Of a DNA stretch of 64,000 nucleotides, positions 54,116-64,000 are shown in pieces. The DNA lies in assembly GCA_051294375.1 (NCBI GenBank), contig CM119265.1, positions 12,203,866 through 12,267,865 of the forward strand, in the 5' to 3' direction. The translations under genes were made by a program, and so were the position numbers. The number at the start of each line of letters is the position of its first letter. Position 1 is the first letter of the stretch. Source of the stretch: Paraspadella gotoi. Taxonomy: Eukaryota; Animalia; Chaetognatha. Under the pieces are notes generated by a model. The model was not told where the DNA came from. It saw only the letters and a list, made by a program, of their open reading frames with translations, and did not search any database.

Positions 54116-57100
54116 TCATTTGGCGGCGGCGCCAAAGGAAGTCATGAGGTCGATCGGGACCGGGAAAATAATCGTGGAATTTTTTTCTGCTGAAATCGAA
54201 TTGAGGGTCTGGAAAAAAAATGTAGTACAAAAATAAATGAGTTAAAAAAGATAAACGCAATTAAGAAAAAAAAATATAAAAGTTACACCTAGCAATCACC
54301 GAAAGAATCCACTCTAATTATTAATTAATTGGGCTGCCAACCATTCAGCATCCCATACACAGTGTGTATTGTCGGGTGTGAGTGTGTATTACACACTCAC
54401 ACCCGGCAATCACCGATGTGAACTTTCCACCTGCAGATATCGTAGCTGAAGGGCTGAAGGAGCTTCGCTTATCACTTCAGAAGCTTCTTTCAGGGCACGT
54501 GAAGCTTTTTGCTCACCCTCTGCGGCGATAACCTGACCAATTAATTCGAGTGTTAGTCAATTTAAAAATATAAATAAATATAAATATAAAAATATACAAC
54601 AATTATACATGTATCTAGTGTCAAATTAAAATCGACTTACATAGACTTAACTTTAATAATTATATTACTTTTCTTGTTTTTTTATTCATTAAACTGCAAA
54701 TCACCCCCCTCTCCCTTTTACAACCCAACCCCTGTGCTTTACTTTCGCACGCGCTTCCCGTGCTGCCTCCGCTTCTGCCGCCATGGCTCGTTGTAATTGA
54801 ACGGGAAGTCGTACGTCTTTACTGCAATAATAAGAAAAATAATCGAAGAATCGAAGAATTCATATCGTAATGCACGAAAGTTTCATTATTGATTGTGTCA
54901 TTGCGTTAATTGTATCATTGTACCATCGAGTAAAAAAAAATTTTAAAAAGGTACGAACATTTCGAGACGTTCCACCATGATACCCCACTGGTCCGTGGCT
55001 TTATCAAGAGTTTCCTGCGGACGAAACGAGAGGAGTAAAATGAAATGACTAATATTTAACATTTTAATATATTTTGAAACAAAATTACCAATCTAGCTAT
55101 ATTCAGGACTTTTAAAGCTAGTACTTCATCAAGCATCAGTCGGCACCCACGCGCCATCTTAGATTATGTCGTGAGCACCTGCATGAGAGCGGAGATGCCC
55201 TCGCGATCGCTCAGGATCTCCGTCAAGTCCTTCGTCCCCATGACGTTCCGCAACGTCGTCTGCGCCAACAATCGCGTCGAGTGGTGCGCGTTCTCCACGT
55301 TGGCCACAGAGATCGTTGGATTGTTCACCCTGTGCGAAGAGAATGATTGATTTGATATATTGATTGATTTACGGATTGAAAAATCATACTAAATACCTGT
55401 AGTACACCACTGCATCTACTGAAACTGTTACGCTGTCTTTTGTTAACACCTCCACAGCGAGTTAAAATTGCGGCAGGAAATAAAAACAAATAAGTAAAAA
55501 AAAAAGAAATTCTCGTTGATGACACAAGTTGACGTCGTAATTAAACTTTTTGAAAGATTCGGTATGAATTGAAGTAATAGTGCATTAGGCTAACTCTTCG
55601 TCTAGCCGAAGTCGGAACGGTCCTTGCAAAAGAGTGACGGGCCGGTTTCAAACGTGCCACTGGACCCGCAGTTCCGGAAAGTTTCCGTTAGGAATGAATC
55701 AACAGGACTTGCGTTCTCAATCCAATGTGGGTGCAATCCTACGTGGGCATAAGCCAAGGCGCGCAATCTCATATTTGCCATCCTACGTGTTAACTTCCGG
55801 TCCTCATAATTCACCTCTTGCGGAGGCACATCGAAGGTCACTGTGCGAAGATCAACTTTGGTGTAGTTTTCTATGCATGGAAGCACGAAGAAAATTCCTG
55901 TTGGTGGAAGGGGAGCCGTGTAAGTGTAATCGAAGACAAATTGATTCTTTATGTACATTCATATACCTGGTCCTTTGGCTCCTCCCGAAAGCAGACGGCC
56001 AAGCCGGAATATAACAGCACGTTCGTACTCCTGGACAACCTGATTGTCAAAGAATACTATCTGCTTTAAATCGTAAGAGTATAATAAATATATTTTATTT
56101 TAACATTCCAATGTATGTCTTTCGTTTTTTGTATTTATGGCTTTGCTTTGCTATGCATCGAGGAATTCGCGAAAGGGTTAATTCTCTCGCAAATTGGTTT
56201 TTTATATCCTTTTTAATATATTTTTATTTCTTCCCCTCTCTCTCTCTCTCTCTCCCTCTCTCAAATTTTTTTTATTAGTATCTTTCTCCCACATTCTCTC
56301 TCGAAGTTGAAACCTAATCTTGCCTAATGCTTATCCATTTAAACACCTCTGTTTTAAAAAACCAATTAGAAAGCTAAAATGTACCATTTTTTTCTCACTC
56401 TCCAAACCGAATCGAGCAGTAAAGAAAATAATAAAAAAAAATATTTGAGACATTAATGGGATAGAGAGGAGGGAAAAGTCGAAATGGGGTCAAAAACAGA
56501 TGTGAGGATCCAAGGGGACAAGGGACAACATCCAAGAGAAAAAAAAAATTTCAAAAATCACAAGAAATTTGAGAAAAAGAAATTCCGAGCGCCCACGTTT
56601 CGATCAGTCGGTGAAAATAAGACATAGGCTGACGACGCCTGAGGGCGAAGAATAATTAAACAAAACTTCTATTTCGTTTTCATCAAAGTCGGAAAACCAG
56701 GTTACACTTTAATGCCGAATAATAACGAATGACGCCCTCTCCAACAAAATAAGAGCAACATATCTCCGACGATGACATCGTGTTCTCCGCTCAGAAAATC
56801 CGTTTCATCTACGACTGCGTTCACAACCGGATGTAATCCAATCTCGCGGACGTTTTCGAGATCAACGTCGAACTCAGACCTAAAAACCGGAAGAACCCGG
56901 ATGTGGGCGACGCTGATTTTCTTGCATCTCTTCGTCTCGGCGAATTCGTTCGACGTAAGTGAGAAAGTGGAAAAAGGTCCGCAAAGTTGAATAAAGTTAG
57001 TTTGGATATCTGCGATATCCGGATATTGTGGACGTTTCGTCCACTCTACCATTTTTAGCTCCTACCTGATCAATAGAGTGAAGCACTCAAGAACAAAAAA

Positions 57101-57395
57101 ATTATTTGAATGATCGAACAATGATATTTAGATGTGAGATAGTATGATTAATTAGTACAAAAAATATTTTGTTCATATTATCTCGGGAACAGAATAGTAA
57201 AATATAATATATTTGTTGTAATACCTTATAAAATAGTAAATTTTAAAAATAATTTTTATAAAACTTTAATAAGATTCAGATTCTTCATTTAATTGTGGTA
57301 CAACGAATTTAATTGGAGATACGGACATGTTTCGGCTCACATTTCGAGCCTTCATCAGCGTTTGCCATAAGGAAAATATTTGTGCAAAAAGAAGG

Positions 57396-57446
<51 letters not shown>

Positions 57447-60400
57447 GTAAAGGTTTTCCAACAAAGTGGTGAGACAGAATAGTGGTCAGATGAGAGAACA
57501 GGCTGAAGTTGAGGACAGATTGAGTGAGTTGTGAAAAGAAATGAAATTTGTTAGAGAGAGAGAGAGAGAGAGAGAGAGGACAACAGGGATAAATAAATAA
57601 GTATTAAAGATACATTTTGTAATGTACAACAAAAGTAAAAATTTTTGAAAAACTAAATGTCAGTAAGAGTTTAACAATTATCTAATTTAAATAGTTAGCT
57701 AAAGGATAGTAACATTAATTATGAAATTTGAAATGTGAAAAGGATAGTTGATAGTTAGGAGGATAAGAAAGTGAAATATAAGGAGAAAGAAAGAGCTCAA
57801 AAATGAGCTGGCCCACTTGTTTTATATGCAAATGAAGGACAGAGACGATGGTCCAGGTCATTAGCGCGTCATAGGCTGAGAGGAGAGTGTGGTTGAACCA
57901 GTGAATGTTGCACTGGGTATCGAACCTGACGGAAAGATTCCCAGAGCCACTCTTATGTCTCTTTGACCTGTTGTGATTCTTCAATAAAAGTTGAATCAAA
58001 AATATAAAACATGTTATCAAAAATTCTGTCATCTTCAATGTTTAAAATAAGAAAAAAAGGTGAAAATTCCTGACTTTTTTTATTCTCTGTAATAGAAACT
58101 TATATATGTTAAAACGTTTGAGACATTTTTTGTGATCTAAACATTAAAATATCATATAACATATTATACAAAAGTTTCTTAGTTTTTTACAGCGAATCCA
58201 AATCAGTTCTTAAAAATAAAAAAAAATTATTTTAAAATTTGACGATTTTATAAGGATATTACTACATGAATAATTGAATTTGCTATACTGTTATGCTAAA
58301 AAAAATTTTAAAAGGATTTAAAATTCATTAATTATATGTCCATAGGCAGCAAAAAAATAATGTTCAATCACTCAATCTTTTCATCACTCCACCCTACTGA
58401 TCAACCTGTTAAGCTTATTTTCGCAATTATTTTATATTTCATATTTTATAGTACATATATACTGTATATTTATATATCTGTTTTTTTCTCTCAGGTGAAA
58501 ACGTTTTTGTCGGCTTGCGAAAACGGTGACGTCACAATTGTCTCAGCCTCATTTGCCGACGCCGGAGAAATTCTGGCTTCGAACGAATCTAAGGCAAACT
58601 TGGATTTCCATACGGCCAATCATGATTCGAATTCTGATAGGTCAAAGAATCGCAACGGCGAAAATGATTGGACAAACCACATCGCCGATTCAAACTCTAA
58701 TTTTCTCAACAGCGATCAGTCGGCGCCTCGTTCTTTCAACACCAAGCCCTCCGTCAAATCTCCGCCAATCTTCAACGCCGCCCACGCCACCATCGACATC
58801 GCCCAACGCCGCTTCGACTCTCATCCGTCGACGCTTCTCTCGGTCCCGGATCTAGCCATTCACCGCGCAGAGGTGGCCTCGTGTCTGCGTTTGGCCGCGT
58901 GGCGCGGTCGACTTCCGGTGGTCACGTTGGCGTTAAGACGGATAGAGGCGATCCGCGTGGCTGAGAAGGAAAGAGAGATTGAAAGCGAGAGGTTTTGGCG
59001 AGAGAGAAATAGTCTTCGGCCACGAATAGTGCGTCAGTTCGTCGCGGAAACGAAAGGAATCGCACGACGTCTCGACTTTGATCTTTCAGCCACGCCCACT
59101 CTTCTAGATTCCCTCCTCCTCCTCTCTTCCTCCCGCGGTCATCTCAATCTCACCCTCTTCCTCATAGAGGCCGGCGCCGACCCCGCCGCAGCCGACGACG
59201 CCGGATGGACGCCGCTGCATTGGGCGTGCCGACGCGGCGACCTAGAAGCCGCAGCGGCGTTAGTCGACGCCGGGGCGCCGTTGAACGCGAGTGAATTCAC
59301 GGGCGCGACGCCGCTGCATCGTGCGACCGAAGCAAACTCGTTGGGGGCGGCGATGGCGCTGGTGGAAGCGGGGGCGGATATCGACGCAGGGAATCGCGCG
59401 GGAAAAACGCCGTTACATTTGGCGGGTAAGATTTAAGTTTGGGGGGGGCGTCAAAACGTATTTCAGCGTAGAATTTGTCGCGATATAAATTATAATATAA
59501 TATAGTATATAATATATTATTATATATTATCTTGTAAGAGTGATGGAGGCCTTAAACCACCAAAGCCTGTCTAGTGTCCAAAGTCAGGGGCAAGTTAGCT
59601 TATTTATTAAATGAATGGATAATTTTTATATTGGTAGTACCAATTTCATATTATAATTGATTTGATTGATCACGAGTTTATCGGACGACTGCACCAAGAT
59701 CTACAAATTCCCTAGTTTTTTTATTTTCAGTTTGGAATGGATTTTTCTCGATGACGTTTTTCCTCCTCAAAAATGGGGCGGTGCCAAACTCGAAGGACCG
59801 AAAAGGTCGGCATCGCAGAAATTCCATGTGACAGTGATTGTTTGAGAGCGAAACAAGAGCTAATGTGATTTCATTGAATGTTCATTGTATTGATTGAGGG
59901 ATTGATTAAAATCAATTTGATTCAGTATTATTATAATATTCCAATAACAACGATAATTTATATTGTAGTAAATTCCTATACAAGGCCGCAATTTTCCCCT
60001 CAGGTTGGACTCCTTTACACGCGGCGTCGTGGCGAGGACAACTAGATTTGATGCTGATTCTGTTGCGAAACGGCGCCGACAAAAATCTATCTGACAGGCG
60101 AGAGAGGGTTTCGGTTTTGGTCACTGATGTCACTAATGATTGATGTCAAAACTGAATCGAGGAAAGTCGCGCCGAATAAATTTGGGGTAGTTGATCCAGC
60201 GGCGTTTGGATTCTCTTTGCTGTCATTGAGGTTCTGGTAGTTGTTGTTTTCTCCGCCGGACGAAAATGTGTCAAATCGTATTTTACAGTTTGGACTTCAA
60301 CAACACAAAATGGAAATATAGGCAGGAAAAGGATTCCAAAATTTTCGTTTTATTCCGTCAATTTTTTTTCCCCCAGATTCGGTCGAACTCCGCTTTACTA

Positions 60401-61318
60401 CGCCTCCTTCAAAGGTCACGCCGAGGTGGTCAAACTCCTCGTTTCCGACGACGCTCATCTTTACTTCGGTGCCCCGCCCAACACCCCCAACGATTTCACG
60501 TCGCCTCCGTCGAATTCTCTGTCTCAATCTAATATCCCTTCAATTGATTCGCGGCTGGCCGACGCTCCGCACGGACTTCCGGTCACGAGCATCAACGCGC
60601 CCGATTCCCGGGGACGAACGGCGTTGCATGCGGCAGTGGAAAAGGGATTCGTTAGGGTGGTGGAGGTGCTGCTGGAGGCAGGCGCCGATCCAAACGTTCG
60701 TATCTGATTTTTGTTTTATTTTTTAGATTTATCTATTTGTATTTGTATTTTTTTTTCTTTTTTGTTTCCTTCTTACTGCTCTAATAATATGTCCATATAT
60801 TGCCAGGTCGTTGACAGCCGAGGGCGCGCCCCCCTTCACATCGCGATATCCAAAGGCTTCATAAACATATTGTTTCTCTTGGATGAAGCCGGAGCGAAAC
60901 AAAACGTCAAGGACAAAAACGGTGTGGATCCACTGCAGATGGCAGCCGGAAGATTCGGCAGATTTTTTGATTACAGTTTAGAAAGAAGAACATCGCGTGG
61001 TTAGGTCTTTGCAATAAGTCGCGCACTTTTGATTAAAATAATTGAGTGCAGACCCGTAGGAAATATTTGTTTTCTGGAAAATACTTAGTACATGGTTTTT
61101 TCTGTTACGATTGTAGCAAACTTGTCAAAATTTTAGCCACAAATGATAGCGGTCTACTTAATCGAAAATCAGTCACTTGCATACGTATTGCAATTTTAGG
61201 CCGGGACATACCTTTAGCGTTACACATAGCGAAAAGGGAAACGTTATGATGACCAGGATAAGTGCGATGATTGTGAACACCAATCCGCAAACGTCCCAGG
61301 TCTCGTTCATTTCGTCCG
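54116..61318 (-). CDS. Stomatin / band 7 (MEC-2/UNC-1-like) protein; 5' end may extend further upstream
   Basis: Hairpin exon 61318-61212 ([35 protein letters not shown]) splices in phase 0 to 56039-55967 ([22 protein letters not shown]), then [114 protein letters not shown], stop at 54116-54118. Confidence 0.95.
57321..57361 (-). ncRNA. Minimal type I hammerhead ribozyme motif (Penelope-like element type)
   Basis: Minus strand ACG CUGAUGA A GGCUC gaaaugu GAGCC GAAA CAUGUC CGU: intact core CUGANGA/GAAA, 5-bp stem II, palindromic ACAUGU stem III, GUC cleavage triplet, short stem I (ACG/CGU). Confidence 0.75.
58495..61004 (+). CDS. Ankyrin-repeat protein nested antisense in the stomatin intron (first exon not found)
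   Basis: Exons 58495-59425, 59731-59805, 60004-60097, 60377-60695, 60807-61004; repeats [62 protein letters not shown] with LL..GAD.N endings. Confidence 0.9.
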
Positions 61319-61855
61319 CTGAAGAATAAAAATGTAAAAATTATGTTTTCTGGATTCCTGACATTATATACCATGTGGTGAACTAGACAGCAGACTCTAG
61401 CTTGAACGTTCCACAATAAAAGTTGGGGGGAACACGCATAACCTTAGCCTCTATCTGTTTTTACGAGAGAAAAGAAGGAAAAACTGGGAAATTGAGTTGG
61501 TCTCCTCAGCTGAATCATCATATTTTAGTTTGCCACAGAAAAATCAAGTCATAAGTTTGTGTGGCCGTTTTTATTACTTCATCGGTTTTCAGAAGGGATA
61601 AAATAAGTTTTTTTCGTGGGTGCGTTTAGGGCTATTGATATTTCCGTGCGTGCGTCACTGTGAGTGTGAATTTGGCGTTCCCGTGAGAGTGTGAAAGAGA
61701 AAGGGAGGTAGAATATAAGAGCGAAAGAGCCGCCAATTAAAGTTGATGTCTCTACTGCTCGAATGCTCGACAGCTCCTTGTCACGTCATTACTCAAAACG
61801 TCAAGCTCGTTAGGATTTTTGAATCCTCGAATAAATTAAACGACGCTTAATATTT

Positions 61856-62835
61856 CCCTCGTCTCTTTCCTCTTCCTTTCCTCCTTCCCACTTCTTCCCT
61901 CCCTCGTCTCTTTCCTCTTCCTTTCCTCTTCCCACTTCTTCCCTCCCCTCGTCTCTTCCTCTTCCTTTCCTCCTTCCACTTCTTCCCCCTCCCCTCGTCT
62001 CTTTCCTCTTCCTTTCCTCCTTCCCACTTCTTCCTCCTCCCCTCGTCTCTTTTCCTCTTCCTTTCCTCCTTCCCACTTCTTCCTCCTCCCCTCGTCTCTT
62101 TCCTCTTCCTTTCCTCCTTCCCACTTCTTCCCCCTCCCCTCGTCTCTTTCCCTTCCTTTCCTCCTTCCCACTTCTTCCCCTCCCCTCGTCTCTTTCCCTT
62201 CCTTTCCTCCTTCCACTTCTTTCCCTCCCCTCGTCTCTTTCCTCTTCCTTCCTCCTTCCCACTTCTCCCCCTCCCCTCGTCTCTTTCCTCTTCCTTTCCT
62301 CCTTCCCACTTCTTCTCTCCCCTCGTCTCTTTCCTCTTCCTTTCCTCCTTCCCATTCTTCCCCTCCCCTCGTCTCTTTCCTCTTCCTTTCCTCCTTCCCA
62401 CTTCTTCCCCTCCCCTCGTCTCTTTCCTCTTCCTTTCCTCCTTCCCACTTCTTCCCCTCCCCTCGTCTCTTTCCCTTCCTTTCCTCCTTCCCACTTCTTC
62501 TCCTCCCCTCGTCTCTTTCCTCTTCCTTTCCTCTCCCACTTCTTCCCCTCCCCGTCTCTTCCTCTTCCTTTCCTCCTTCCCACTTCTTTCTCCTCCCTCG
62601 TCTCTTTCCCTTCCTTTCCTCCTTCCCACTTCTTTCTCCTCCCCTCGTCTCTTTCCTCTTCCTTTCCTCCTTCCCACTTCTCCCCCTCCCCTCGTCTCTT
62701 TCCTCTTCCTTTCCTCCTTCCACTTCTCCCCCTCCCTCGTCTCTTTCCTCTCCTTTCCTCCTTCCCCTTCTTTCTCCCCCCTCGGTCTCTTTCCTCTTCC
62801 TTTCCTCCTTCCCACTTCTTCCTCCTCCCCTCGTC
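61856..62835. repeat. Polypyrimidine/polypurine minisatellite, ~45 bp unit, roughly 21-22 copies
   Basis: Unit ccctcgtctctttcctcttcctttcctccttcccacttcttccct repeated with small indels. Confidence 0.95.
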
Positions 62836-64000
62836 GGAAAACCCAATTTAGGCTTTGCCAACTTTGCGGAGAGGAGATCTCGTTTTTCCATTATCCTTTG
62901 CCTTTCATTCTGGACTCAATCGATTTTCGTCAGATCTAAAAATTAAAAAAAATAAAAAACTCGCTGCGTTCGAAGGCCAAGGGTGCCGGTTGAACCCATT
63001 TACCGGATGTGTGTTTAATGTGTATGTATAACGAGAATAGTAAACAAACGTCAGATTTAGTAAACAACGACTAGGCCCAAGTACCAGATGCCACATTGTA
63101 CGTATTGCCACATTGGCATATTGCAGGAAATTAGCTACGATAAAAACCAAACTGCTTAAGGTCAGAAAGAAAGAAGGCGAAACCTAATCCACAAAGGCCA
63201 AAAACTAAATGCATGTAATACTAACAGTTTAAAACAGCGAGCAGTCCAACAAGGTTGCGACGAACGCGGACAGTCAACAAACGCCAGAGCCGAGTTCGAA
63301 ACAACCATCGTCAAACAGACGCTTGGCGATGCAGCCTCGGTTTCATTACCTTTTTTTTTCTCTGAGGAGGAAAAACGGAATCGAGGTCGGTCGAGAAATC
63401 AATTTGACAAACAAGAAACGGAATCCCTTTTGTTAACAACGCCATGACTCGCTGTCACAACAATTAAAAGAGAGAGAGAGAGAGAGAGGAGAGAGAGACA
63501 AAAAGCGGCTTTATAATATTGTTTATTAATATTAATATTAATCGACTCTTAACTTGAATTGCACTCATTCGTCATCTAGTGGTCGTCATCCGGTGACCGC
63601 TTGTCTCAACTGCAAGAAGAAAAAAGCGGTCGAGGCACCAAAGGTCAGCATAGAACTGGTGTCTCTCGTCTCTCGTCTCGGGACGACGATGACGCAATCG
63701 GCCAACGCCCGGTTTTTTTGTACGATTGCAACTTTTTTTAGGAGAAACAGACCCGGTCGCCACGCCCATTGCATCATTCGGCAATTTTTCAAAATTTTAT
63801 TCTGACCTAAATCTAAAGCTTACTCGCCCGCCCCTATTCGTCGCTCCCTCTTTTTTCTCCGTCTCGCTCATACTATTATTAGGACGCTCAATTCATTAAC
63901 CACCAATTTTTTGTAAGTTTTCCCTTTTCCTTCGGTTCCTCCTTTTAGTTTTACTCCACATCATTCACCAACCTCCCATTCTTCTCAATCACCTCGATCT

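Noticed and set aside
57790-57990. Possible GIY-YIG/Penelope coding remnant near the hammerhead
   Set aside because: No recognisable motif could be read in any frame; left as unsupported.
61810-62891. Three long Gly/Arg/Glu/Lys ORFs (257-351 aa)
   Set aside because: Stop-free frames produced by the purine-rich minisatellite; indels shift frames freely.

Overview
Intron-rich invertebrate animal genomic DNA (species not identifiable from sequence), AT-rich introns and very dense (AG)n/(CT)n microsatellites. Gene models were built by hand from splice sites and reading-frame phase. Left to right: (1) an innexin (+, 952-4673) whose first extracellular loop is interrupted by five frame-preserving phase-1 small exons, three of them near-identical 21-nt microexons, and which ends in a CxxC..CxxC knuckle and a PDZ-type tail; (2) a secreted ShKT + furin-site + Pro/Met-rich + mini-collagen gene (-, 6500-10133) with two duplicated alternative terminal collagen exons; (3) two indel-riddled tandem copies of a Ty3/Gypsy LTR retrotransposon between two 25-N gaps, followed by the empty insertion site (likely a gap-filling artefact around a polymorphic insertion); (4) a 16-exon gene resembling a degenerate DUF3987/YfjI-type P-loop protein with a C-terminal winged-helix-like region (+, 34272-41168); (5) a synaptotagmin with degenerate Ca2+ ligands (-, 42300-48601); (6) a stomatin (-, 54116 to at least 61318) whose long intron hosts an antisense nested ankyrin-repeat gene (+, 58495-61004), a minimal hammerhead ribozyme and a candidate alternative first exon. 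The most striking candidates for new biology are the innexin microexon array and the ShKT mini-collagen precursor. No database searches or transcript data were available.
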